This document shows positions 20,105-28,986 of a stretch of DNA of 64,000 nucleotides, piece after piece. The stretch covers positions 1,412-65,411 of the forward strand of contig CALELU010000100.1 of the NCBI GenBank assembly GCA_937902685.1, in the 5' to 3' direction. The DNA is from an uncultured Eggerthellaceae bacterium (GTDB taxonomy: Bacteria; Actinomycetota; Coriobacteriia; Coriobacteriales; Eggerthellaceae). Each line of letters begins with the position of its first letter. Position 1 is the stretch's first letter. The translations under genes were made by a program, and so were the position numbers. The notes beneath the pieces were generated by a model. It had not been told where the DNA came from and ran no database searches. It saw only the letters and a list, made by a program, of their open reading frames with translations.

Positions 20105-21056
20105 AAAAGCGACAGGCGCAGGTCCAAGCGCGAACAGCAGAGACGAGAGGTTCGGCCGCGCAAAGCCCGCGGAAATCGAAGCGATGAACTCGCCGCGCAC
20201 GCGGCACGTTGACGACAACGCCTCGCAAACGTTTGCCGCATTCGTGTTCATAGCTGCGTTCCTTATTGTGGCGGGCATCGGTTTTGCTGCAGCGCGCACG
20301 GTGAATATCTGGGTGCTGTGCATTGCGTTCGCCGTGGCTATTTTGGCAACGCTCACCGTCCGCATTGCGGCGCAGTGGGAACGCGTCATCATCCTGCGAT
20401 TCGGCACGTTCAACCGCGTTGCAGGCCCGGGCATCTTTTTCACCATTCCATTTGTTGACCATATTGCGCTGCGCGCCGACCAACGCATTATGCTGTCGTG
20501 CTTCAGCGCCGAGGAAACGCCTACAAGCGATTTAGTTCCCGTCAATGTGGACGCCGCGGTGTTCTGGATGGTTTGGGATGCCGAGAAAGCCTGCTTGGAA
20601 GTTGAGAACTACTACGATGCCGTCTCCATGGCCGCGCAAACGGCCCTGCGCGATGCCATCGGCCGCAAAAGCATCTCGGACATCACGGTGCATCGCGACA
20701 AACTTGACCAAGAGCTGCGCGACAAGATCGAGGAAAAATCAAGCACGTGGGGCGTATCGATCATGTCGGTTGAGATCCGCGACATCGTCATCCCTAAAAA
20801 CCTGCAGGAAGACATGGCCGCCAGCGCCCGTGCCGAGCGCGAGAAAGACGCCCGTATCGTGCTTGCGGAAGTGGAGCAAGATATTGCAGGCATGCTCGAC
20901 GACGCAACCGCCGTATACCAAAACAACGAGCTGGCGTTTAAGCTACGCCAGATGCACCTGGTCAGCGACACGCTCCGCGATTCACGGGGCTCTGTTGTGG
21001 TGCCAAGTTCCTACGTGGAAGGCTTTACGGGTTCGAGCGAGACGCAATCGAAATAA
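20091..21056 (+). CDS. SPFH/band-7 (slipin/stomatin-like) protein
   Basis: QWERVIILRFG, GPGIFFTIPFVD, AQTALRDAIG and WGV.IMSVEIRDI. Confidence 0.9.
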   Translation: MARIRKATGAGPSANSRDERFGRAKPAEIEAMNSPRTRHVDDNASQTFAAFVFIAAFLIVAGIGFAAARTVNIWVLCIAFAVAILATLTVRIAAQWERVIILRFGTFNRVAGPGIFFTIPFVDHIALRADQRIMLSCFSAEETPTSDLVPVNVDAAVFWMVWDAEKACLEVENYYDAVSMAAQTALRDAIGRKSISDITVHRDKLDQELRDKIEEKSSTWGVSIMSVEIRDIVIPKNLQEDMAASARAEREKDARIVLAEVEQDIAGMLDDATAVYQNNELAFKLRQMHLVSDTLRDSRGSVVVPSSYVEGFTGSSETQSK

Positions 21057-21175
21057 GGCAAATCCCTACTTTGTGCGTGGATATTTACAAAGCTGTAACG
21101 AAACATAAGCCTTGGTTCACAAAACGCGCACCTCGCTCACATATTGCCTTCAATGTCAACCCTTATACTACGTCT

Positions 21176-21314
21176 TGTCGAACGAAAGGTTCCCCTCCTT
21201 GAACGTTCGATCTGCTTTTCCCTTAAGCAGAATCGGTACCCATCCGAAGTGGTACCGTCCATCCCCTCCTTGTGACCCCGGCAGGTTCCCCTCCCGCCGG
21301 GGTCAATCCTTTTT
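21176..21314 (+). ncRNA. Candidate four-hairpin CU-loop small RNA, copy B
   Basis: TATACT at 21164-21169, four stems, CU-rich loops and linker, T5 tail; same architecture as copy A. Confidence 0.7.
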
Positions 21315-21401
21315 CTAGCGAAAAACGCAACGTACTGCGCGAAAGACCCAAGGCGCACGGCTTCTTCAGTATGCATGCCAACGCTTTCCCCGCTCAATAC
21401 G

Positions 21402-21436
21402 CAGCAAGGCCGCCCGGAAACCGAGCGGCCTTGCTG
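21402..21436 (-). terminator. Hairpin after galU
   Basis: CAGCAAGGCCGCCCGG / CCGAGCGGCCTTGCTG stem. Confidence 0.6.
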
Positions 21437-21460
21437 TTCTTGCTTTGTTGTATGCGCGTG

Positions 21461-22282
21461 TTACGCCTTGTGACCGTACTTGCGCTCGTAAAGGATGTTG
21501 TTCGTCTCCAACCAGCTTTCCACGGTGCCGGTGTCAAAACCGTCCTGCGGGTCGATAATCAGCGCGTACATTTCCTCTTCCTTCAGCACCGCATCCAGCG
21601 CATCGGTCAGCTGAATCTCGCCACCCACGCCGGGTTTAACCTCAGCCAAAAGCTCCATCACGCGGGGCGACAGCAGGTAGCGGCCGAACACGGCCAAGTT
21701 CGACGGCGCGTCTTCAAGCGCCGGCTTCTCCACCAGGCTGTCGATTTTCCACACATCGTCGGAGATGGCAGAACCGGCAATAACGCCGAAACGGTTCACC
21801 TGGTCGTCGGGCACGGGCATAACCGCGATAACCGACGCACCGTTGTGCTCGTCGGACACCTTCTGCATGGCCGGCAGCATGTTGTTGTCAGGCACCAGTA
21901 CGTCGCCCAGCAACACGTAAAACGGCTCGTTGCTCGTTTTTTCCGCAGCACAGTGCACGGCATGGCCCAGGCCCAGCGGCTCTTCCTGGTATACGTAGCT
22001 GACGTTCAAGTTGCCCGCATGCTCTACGGCGTCGGCATACTTGTCCTTGCCGCGCTCGCGCAGCATGGCAACCAGCTCGGGGTTCGGAGAGAAGTGCTCC
22101 TCAATGGACTTCTTATCATGGCTGTTCACGATAACCACTTCATCGGCGGCAGACGCCAAGCCCTCTTCCACGATGTACTGGATAACGGGGCGGTCAACAA
22201 CAAGCAGCATTTCCTTCGGCTGTGCCTTCGTTGCAGGCAAAAAGCGCGAACCCAAACCAGCGGCAGGGATGATAGCCTTCAT
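21461..22282 (-). CDS. galU: UTP--glucose-1-phosphate uridylyltransferase
   Basis: MKAIIPAAGLGSRFLPATKAQPKEML, QEEPLGLGHAV and GEIQLTDA. Confidence 0.95.
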   Translation of the reverse strand: MKAIIPAAGLGSRFLPATKAQPKEMLLVVDRPVIQYIVEEGLASAADEVVIVNSHDKKSIEEHFSPNPELVAMLRERGKDKYADAVEHAGNLNVSYVYQEEPLGLGHAVHCAAEKTSNEPFYVLLGDVLVPDNNMLPAMQKVSDEHNGASVIAVMPVPDDQVNRFGVIAGSAISDDVWKIDSLVEKPALEDAPSNLAVFGRYLLSPRVMELLAEVKPGVGGEIQLTDALDAVLKEEEMYALIIDPQDGFDTGTVESWLETNNILYERKYGHKA

Positions 22283-22372
22283 GTGTACATTACCTTTCTT
22301 CGGGGGAATAGACGCGAGGCGCCGCAAAACGCGACGCCTCATCGATTCGCTTTCGCAATTGTAGCACGCTGG

Positions 22373-22558
22373 CTATTTGGCCTTCAGTTCCGCCACAGCC
22401 TCTTCAAGCACGGCAATCTGCTGCTCGGTTTTCTTCATGCCGCGCATGGACACGAACACGTAGATGAGCAGCACAGTCCACAGCAGCGCATAAGCAGCGA
22501 TGATGAACGGCATGGACGGGATAACGGTGCTGTAAATCTCAGCAAGCACAGGATTCAT
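22373..22558 (-). CDS. ccmD: CcmD-like small membrane protein
   Basis: 61 aa, single TM (FIIAAYALLW) and charged tail, directly after ccmC. Confidence 0.65.
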   Translation of the reverse strand: MNPVLAEIYSTVIPSMPFIIAAYALLWTVLLIYVFVSMRGMKKTEQQIAVLEEAVAELKAK

Positions 22559-22628
22559 AGGTTTCTCCTTCAGGCGAATGCGCACGCGGCGCGGTTATAG
22601 CAAGTCAACTGGGTTTGCAACCCGTTCT

Positions 22629-23405
22629 CTACCGATCTTCCTCTAAGATTTCGACTTCGTCTTTCAAAGCTTGCAAGCGCTCTTGCGCGCGGACCTGGCG
22701 AAAACGCAGGCGATACAGGGCAAAGCCCACCAGCAGCAAGCCGATCATGCACACGCCCACGGTCATGCCCATGTCGGACGACATGCCGCCTTCGCGCAGC
22801 ACCACCGGATGCACACTCGAGGGAATCAGACGGGTAACCATAAAGCAGATGGGCACGTCAACCGTTGCGATGATACCGATTACCGCCGAGTACACGCCGC
22901 GGCGCTCGGGCTCGTCGATGGCGTTGCGAAGCACAAAGTACGCGATAACAATAAGCATGAGGATGAGGTACGTAGTCAGGCGCGGCTCCCACGTCCACCA
23001 CACGCCCCACTCGAAGCGCGTCCACAAATCGCCGGTGATCATGGTGCAAATAACGAACACGAGCGCAATTTCCATGGCCACTTTCGCGCACGTGTCGAAG
23101 CGCTGGTTTTTCGTGGCAAGGAAGCGAATGCAGTAGTAGCACGCGAACGCCAGCGCGATGAACGACACCACGGCAACGGGCATATGGAAGTAGAAGATCT
23201 TCTGAGACAGCAGCAACTTGTTCGCCACCATCTGCCCGCCAATCAGCTCCACGCCGTCTACCGCCGCGCCGTTAACGGGCCCGGCGTACAAAAACGCCAT
23301 GAGAAAGCCCAGCGTAGACAGCACGATGCCCGCCAGCAGCGCCCACGGCGCCACCTTGTCAGGCCACTGCCCCGCCTCGGGCAATTTCACCGGTTTGTTG
23401 GTCAT
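22629..23405 (-). CDS. ccmC: Heme exporter CcmC
   Basis: KIFYFHMP, WWD motif WGVWWTWEPRLT and SVHP. Confidence 0.9.
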   Translation of the reverse strand: MTNKPVKLPEAGQWPDKVAPWALLAGIVLSTLGFLMAFLYAGPVNGAAVDGVELIGGQMVANKLLLSQKIFYFHMPVAVVSFIALAFACYYCIRFLATKNQRFDTCAKVAMEIALVFVICTMITGDLWTRFEWGVWWTWEPRLTTYLILMLIVIAYFVLRNAIDEPERRGVYSAVIGIIATVDVPICFMVTRLIPSSVHPVVLREGGMSSDMGMTVGVCMIGLLLVGFALYRLRFRQVRAQERLQALKDEVEILEEDR

Positions 23406-23420
23406 TGGTTTCCTTTCCTC

Positions 23421-24179
23421 CTATGCGGAAATTACGAAATCGTATAGCACCCAACTGAGCAGCAGCATGATGACGTCGTAGCCGCCGGCAAGCGCCAGCG
23501 ACTGCACGAACACGTCGAAGTAACCTTCCGTGCCCACCACCACCGCGGTAGTGGCCGACGCGCATGCATACAGCAGCGGGAAGATAAGCGGAACGAACAG
23601 CACTGCAAGCATGACGTCTTTGCCGCGCGTGTTCACGGTAATGGTGGAAAGCAGCGTGCCGATGCCCGCCACGCCAATGGTACCCACCAACAGCGGCACC
23701 ACCATAAGCATGAAATCAGGCCCAGGCTGTGCCGTGGTTAGGAAGAAGAACCAGAACAGCGGCACGGCAATCACTTCAACCACCAGCAAAAACAGCAGGT
23801 TGGACGTGGCTTTTGCCAAAAAGATAACGCTGCGGTCCATAGGCACCAGCAAAATGCCCTCCATGCAGCCCTGCTCTTTTTCGTGTCCGAACGAGCGGTT
23901 CAAGCCCAAAAGCGACGTGAACACGATAAGCGCCCACAAAAGGCCACCGGAAAGCTGCAGCACATCGGTTGCCTGGGCCGTTTGCCCCAGCGAGGCACCG
24001 TACACGATAAGCACCAGCAGGGCGTAAATGCCCATGGACGTGAGCATTTCCTTCGTGCGGAACTCCTGCTGCAAGTCTTTTACCAGCAGGGTTTTGTACT
24101 GAGCGAACGTGCTGGGCATGGAAAGCTCCACCGCTCGTGTGCGCTGCACGGCGGGCGCGTCGGCAGATTTGCGTGCCAT
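23421..24179 (-). CDS. ccmB: Heme exporter CcmB
   Basis: KDLQQEFR, RSFGHEKEQG and LFVPLIFPLL. Confidence 0.9.
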   Translation of the reverse strand: MARKSADAPAVQRTRAVELSMPSTFAQYKTLLVKDLQQEFRTKEMLTSMGIYALLVLIVYGASLGQTAQATDVLQLSGGLLWALIVFTSLLGLNRSFGHEKEQGCMEGILLVPMDRSVIFLAKATSNLLFLLVVEVIAVPLFWFFFLTTAQPGPDFMLMVVPLLVGTIGVAGIGTLLSTITVNTRGKDVMLAVLFVPLIFPLLYACASATTAVVVGTEGYFDVFVQSLALAGGYDVIMLLLSWVLYDFVISA

Positions 24180-24899
24180 TTAGGCCACCCCCATTCCAAC
24201 CGTGGAGCGATACAGCTCGGAGAACTCCGCAAAATCAAACTGGTCTTTGGGGCCGAACGCCACAACGCGGCCGCGCGCAAGCACCAGCGCGTGCGTGCAC
24301 ATGTCGAAGCCTTTCTGCAAATCGTGGCTTACCATCACAAACGTGCGCCCTTCGCGGTGTTTCGCAATAAGCTGATCGAAAATGTCAACGGCATGCGGGT
24401 CTAAGCCTGAATACGGCTCATCCAAAAACACCACGTCAGGATCGTGGATAAGCGCACGGGCAATGCACAGGCGCTGCGTCATGCCGCGCGAGAACGTGCG
24501 CACCACATCAAGCCGACGATGTTTCAGTTCCACCGCTTCCAGCAGCTCCGTCACACGCGCCTCGGGGTTGGCAATGCCGTAGAGTTTTGCGTACAGCAGC
24601 AAGTTCTGCTCAGCCGTAAGGTCAGGGTACAGCATGGCGTTGTGCGAGATAAGCCCAATGTGCTGGCGAGCACGGTCGGGCTCTTCCTTCAGGTCGATGC
24701 CCAGAAGCTGTGCCGAACCATCTGTGGGGCGCGCTAGCGTGGAAAGCATGCGCAGCAGCGTGGTCTTGCCTGCACCGTTCGGGCCGAAGATGGAAAGGAA
24801 CGCCCCTTGGGGCACTTCAATGGACACCTTGTCCACCGCTTTGCGCGTGCCGAACACCTTCGACAGCTTCTTCGTGCGAATGGCTGCTGGTTCGCCCAT
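24180..24899 (-). CDS. ccmA: Heme ABC exporter ATPase CcmA
   Basis: GPNGAGKTT, LYPDLTAEQNL, FSRGM and LDEPYSGLD; ccm context. Confidence 0.88.
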   Translation of the reverse strand: MGEPAAIRTKKLSKVFGTRKAVDKVSIEVPQGAFLSIFGPNGAGKTTLLRMLSTLARPTDGSAQLLGIDLKEEPDRARQHIGLISHNAMLYPDLTAEQNLLLYAKLYGIANPEARVTELLEAVELKHRRLDVVRTFSRGMTQRLCIARALIHDPDVVFLDEPYSGLDPHAVDIFDQLIAKHREGRTFVMVSHDLQKGFDMCTHALVLARGRVVAFGPKDQFDFAEFSELYRSTVGMGVA

Positions 24900-25036
24900 A
24901 GCCTTCCCTTCCCCGAAAACTGGGACACGGCACCCGGTGCACTGCCCCACTTCCACTTGCTGCGCGAATCATGCGCAACCGCTAGTCTAGCGCAAACGCG
25001 GCCGCCGAAACCGACAGCCGCGCCTTACTTCATCGC

Positions 25037-27244
25037 TTATGCAGCATCCACGGCAGCCGATTCGCCCGCTGCCGCATCGGCGGTTGCGCGCTGCGCGTCG
25101 GAAAGTTTGCGGCTCGCGCGGCGGCGGCCCACCGTGGCCACGCACACGCCCACCATCAACAAGCCAAAACCTACCCACACAAACGAGATGAGCGGGTTCA
25201 CGCGCACGTCCATGGAAAACGCGCCGTCGTTGTTCACGCCGCGGTACACCACGAACAGGTCCTCGCCAGGCAGCGAGATAACGCTTGCCACCAGCTTTTG
25301 CTGCTGGGTTTTCTGCGCCAGCTGCACGCTTGGGCTTACCTGACCCAGGTAGTTACCATCTTTGTACACGTTGTAGTTCACCGTGTACATGATGTCGTCG
25401 CCGCTGTTAATCTCGCTTACGGAGTTCGAGGTGTATTCCAGCGTGTAATCCTTAACCTGCATCGTTTCGGACGCGGTGTCGGTGGACTCGTCGTAGGGCA
25501 CGTACTCAACTTTTTCCGTCACGTACATGGACGAACCGATAAGGCCCACCAGGATAACGGCCATGGCAGTGTGCGACAAAAAGCCGCCGAAACGCGAAGC
25601 GTTGTTGCGCAGGCATCCGCCAAACGCCGCCAGCGCGCCGCAGTCGTGCGCATTCTTATACGCGCGGATGGTGCGACCCAGCATGAACAGCGAGTTGAAG
25701 AACAGCACGCTTGCCACGAAAAAGCCCACGAGCGCCAAACCGTTGTAGTACCACGCCGGACCGTCGCTTGCCAGCTCTTCGGCCGCAGTACCGCCCGCCG
25801 CGATGATGTCGTTGTAGCTGGGAACCAAATACGTGCCCCAGTACACGGCCAACACCACGAACAGCACAACTGCGCAAATGGCAGGGATGCGCGCCTGCTT
25901 CAAGAACTTCGCCTTAAGCGTTTTGCCCCACGCCAAAAGCGGGCACAGCGCCAAAATGGCCAGGTACACCACACCAAGCGGGCGAGCGATGGCGTTAAAC
26001 GTGCCCGAGGACACCGTCTGGCCGCCAAACGGCAGGAAGTCGGGCAGCGCAGAGGAAATGGTCAGGTACGCCAGCAAAGTAGCGAACACCACCATGATGA
26101 CGTTGTTGAAGTAGTAGGCGCCTTCCTTGGAAAGCAGATTTTCCACCTCATCTGAGCCGTCGGCCGCCGGGCCGAAGCTCTTCCAACGAACCACCAGGCC
26201 CACGATGCCCGCCAAAAGCGCCACGGCAATAAGCGCACCGAACAGCACAAGCGAAACCGGGTCGCCCTCAAACGCGTGCACCGACTGCACCAAGCCGGAA
26301 CGCGAGATGAACGTGCCCACGATCACAAACGCGAACGTAATGCAAGCGCACATGACGCTCCAGCGTTTGAACGCGCCGCGTTGGCGGTACACGGTGAAGC
26401 TGTGGATAAGCGCCACGCCCACCAGCCACGAAAGCAAGCTGGCGTTTTCCACGGCATCCCAGCCCCAGTAGCCGCCCCAGCCAAGCACCACGTAGGCCCA
26501 CACGCTGCCCAGGCCAATGCCAATGCCCAGGAACAGCCATGCGAACAGGGCGTAGCGCTGGCTGCGCACCACCCATTCCTTCGACGGGTCGTTCACGATA
26601 AGCGCTGCAATGGCGTAGGCAAACGGAATGGTCAGGCCCGCATAGCCCACAAACAATGTAGGCGGATGGATGGCCATGGCCCAGTGCTCCAGCAGCGAGT
26701 TCATGCCCAGCATGGAGGCAGCATTGGTGAGCGTGCCGTTGGAGTTGTAGTACTTCTGCGGCGTCACCGTAAACGGCATGTTCGATTCACTGAACAGCAG
26801 CACGCCCACAAACGCGGCCAGCACCAGCTGCGAAACCATAAGCGCCATGGAATCAAGCTTGCGCGGGTTTTTCAGGTCGCGGATGGCCACCACCGAGTTG
26901 AACACGCTGATAAGCCATGCCCAAAACAACAGCGAGCCTTCGCGACCAGCCCACAGCCCCGACAGCTTGAACAGCCAGCCAAGCGTGCCGTCGGCATTGC
27001 TGTGCTGCTTGAGCACGTACTCGATGGAATAGTCGCCCGCGAAGAAGCAGTACACCAGCACACCGCAGCACACGGTAAGCGCCACCGTGGTCAAAATGGA
27101 AGCGATATGCCCGCCCCACGTAAGCGTCTCGGCAAGCGAGCTTCCCTTTTTGCGTCCCAAAATGGCACCCGCCAGCAGGCACAGCACCGAAACGGCCACG
27201 CCGGCGAACGCCACCAGCAGGCCCATAAGGCCGATAGTCGACAT
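25037..27244 (-). CDS. ccmF: Cytochrome c heme lyase CcmF
   Basis: WAGREGSLLFW, IHPPTLF, WAY.VLGWGGYWGWDAVENASL and SVHAF. Confidence 0.93.
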   Translation of the reverse strand: MSTIGLMGLLVAFAGVAVSVLCLLAGAILGRKKGSSLAETLTWGGHIASILTTVALTVCCGVLVYCFFAGDYSIEYVLKQHSNADGTLGWLFKLSGLWAGREGSLLFWAWLISVFNSVVAIRDLKNPRKLDSMALMVSQLVLAAFVGVLLFSESNMPFTVTPQKYYNSNGTLTNAASMLGMNSLLEHWAMAIHPPTLFVGYAGLTIPFAYAIAALIVNDPSKEWVVRSQRYALFAWLFLGIGIGLGSVWAYVVLGWGGYWGWDAVENASLLSWLVGVALIHSFTVYRQRGAFKRWSVMCACITFAFVIVGTFISRSGLVQSVHAFEGDPVSLVLFGALIAVALLAGIVGLVVRWKSFGPAADGSDEVENLLSKEGAYYFNNVIMVVFATLLAYLTISSALPDFLPFGGQTVSSGTFNAIARPLGVVYLAILALCPLLAWGKTLKAKFLKQARIPAICAVVLFVVLAVYWGTYLVPSYNDIIAAGGTAAEELASDGPAWYYNGLALVGFFVASVLFFNSLFMLGRTIRAYKNAHDCGALAAFGGCLRNNASRFGGFLSHTAMAVILVGLIGSSMYVTEKVEYVPYDESTDTASETMQVKDYTLEYTSNSVSEINSGDDIMYTVNYNVYKDGNYLGQVSPSVQLAQKTQQQKLVASVISLPGEDLFVVYRGVNNDGAFSMDVRVNPLISFVWVGFGLLMVGVCVATVGRRRASRKLSDAQRATADAAAGESAAVDAA

Positions 27245-27259
27245 GCGTTAAACCTCTTC

Positions 27260-27925
27260 CTAGCCCTCAAGCGCCACGTCGGTGGCGGTGAACTTGCCAT
27301 CGGCCGACAGGCTGCCGGTAACCACCAGCGAGCTGCCTTCCACGATCTCGTCGGACAGCGCACCGTCGAACGCAACGGGCAGCGTCTCGTTAGAGTCGGC
27401 GTCGGCCAGCACGAAGCGATCACCTGCGCCTGCCGCCTTCAGCGAACCGGCCTGCACCTTGCCCGACACCTTCACTGGCTTGTCGTACACCGAATCGCCG
27501 TATTCAAGCAAGCGGGCAACCGAAAGCGCGTTCGTGGCGTTCTCGTACTTCGAGGGGCACTTCGTTACCAGTTCGGTGGCATGCAGCACGCCGTCGTTTG
27601 CAATCTTGCCCGTGCAGATAGCCGTCACGTCGTTGCCGAACGTGGCGGACACGCCGCCTTCATAGCGAACGTTCAGCTGGTCGGTAGGGTTGCCGTCCTT
27701 GTCGTAAATGGCAAAGGTGAGCACGTTGTTATCCGTGGAGTAAGAGTTCTCCACCACGTTGCCGGTCACCTGAATCTTCTGGTCTGCGTACTTGCCCGCA
27801 AGCGCATCGGCAATCGTGGCCGACTTCGCAGCACCCGAGCTGCCGACAACCGCCAAAATAACAATCAGCACGATAACGATGATGCCGGTAACCGCCATCA
27901 TGCGACGCTTCGTCTTCGTGTTCAC
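27260..27925 (-). CDS. ccmE: CcmE heme chaperone, CxxxY variant with two tandem OB domains
   Basis: N-terminal TM, TKCPSKY motif, second CcmE-like domain (VSGKVQAGS...VVTGSL...FTATDV); GTG start. Confidence 0.88.
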   Translation of the reverse strand: MNTKTKRRMMAVTGIIVIVLIVILAVVGSSGAAKSATIADALAGKYADQKIQVTGNVVENSYSTDNNVLTFAIYDKDGNPTDQLNVRYEGGVSATFGNDVTAICTGKIANDGVLHATELVTKCPSKYENATNALSVARLLEYGDSVYDKPVKVSGKVQAGSLKAAGAGDRFVLADADSNETLPVAFDGALSDEIVEGSSLVVTGSLSADGKFTATDVALEG

Positions 27926-28179
27926 AGGCCCTCCCTTTTCCGTATTCTTTAATGAGTCAATGGCTCCGGATGGTTTTCGACTCACTAACTTTTGCGCGTT
28001 CCTCCGGTTTCTCCGAATGCTAACCTTATCGAAAACACCAGGGGTATGCCATCACCCAGATAGTGTAATTTACGCCCAAATGCGCCCTTTTACCGAAGAA
28101 AGGGCCGCAAATGCAGCCCTTTCCCATACACGTATGCGCGCACGCGCTTTGTCCTTTGCGCAAACGCCTGCATTTACGC

Positions 28180-28884
28180 CTACGCAGCAGATGCAACCGC
28201 TTGCGCTTGGTCGTACGTCAACCAGCCATCCGGAATCGGAGCGTCGTCATGGCACTGGCTGCACGCGTTCACCGATGCGCGGTGCGCTTTGTGACAGTCG
28301 CCGCAATCAAGCTGCTGCCCGTGCATGGCCATATGCGGGTTGCGCACACCATACTGCGCCGTTGCCTTCACCAAGTCCTGGCGCGTGATGTTGTGGCACG
28401 CGCTGTTCAAGCAGAACGCGTCGCCGTCCTGGTTAAGCCACTCTCCCAGCTGCTCGGTATCGCGCTCGCCAAGCACCAGCCCGTACGCTTCGTTCTCAAA
28501 CAGTGGCATGTTGCCGGTGGACCACTCAGCAACCTCGCTTAACTGCTGGTTGATGGTGGGCTTATGGCAGCTCAAGCAATTCGCATCCGCACCACCCTGC
28601 TCGGCAGGCACCGCATGCACCACCGCAAGCATGGAGCTGGTGTTCTCCACGGTGTTGCCCCATTTGTCTACGCCTTCAACGCCCGGCTGCTGCTCAAACG
28701 CGGCAACATAGGGGTCCATGGGCGTATGGCATATGGCGTTGCAGAAGCTAGGCTGCTCGTGCCACACCCAAAAACCCGCGCCGGCCACGGCAACCACCAC
28801 GGCAACAACAGCCGCCGTGATCGGCCATTTGCGATTGCGCTTGCGTTTGGCCGCAGACGAGGCCGCTTCGTTTTGCTCACTCAT
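28180..28884 (-). CDS. Membrane-anchored pentaheme cytochrome c (NrfH-like partner of NrfA)
   Basis: TM followed by CNAICH, CLSCH, CLNSACH, CGDCH and CSQCH; directly downstream of nrfA. Confidence 0.82.
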   Translation of the reverse strand: MSEQNEAASSAAKRKRNRKWPITAAVVAVVVAVAGAGFWVWHEQPSFCNAICHTPMDPYVAAFEQQPGVEGVDKWGNTVENTSSMLAVVHAVPAEQGGADANCLSCHKPTINQQLSEVAEWSTGNMPLFENEAYGLVLGERDTEQLGEWLNQDGDAFCLNSACHNITRQDLVKATAQYGVRNPHMAMHGQQLDCGDCHKAHRASVNACSQCHDDAPIPDGWLTYDQAQAVASAA

Positions 28885-28986
28885 ATTTGCAAACCCCCTT
28901 CCCAACAAAGGTTCGAACTTGCCAGCGGTTTTACGCCAAGGCCGCTTGCGCAACCTCGGCCAATGGAGAGAGGCCGCGCTTGCCTT

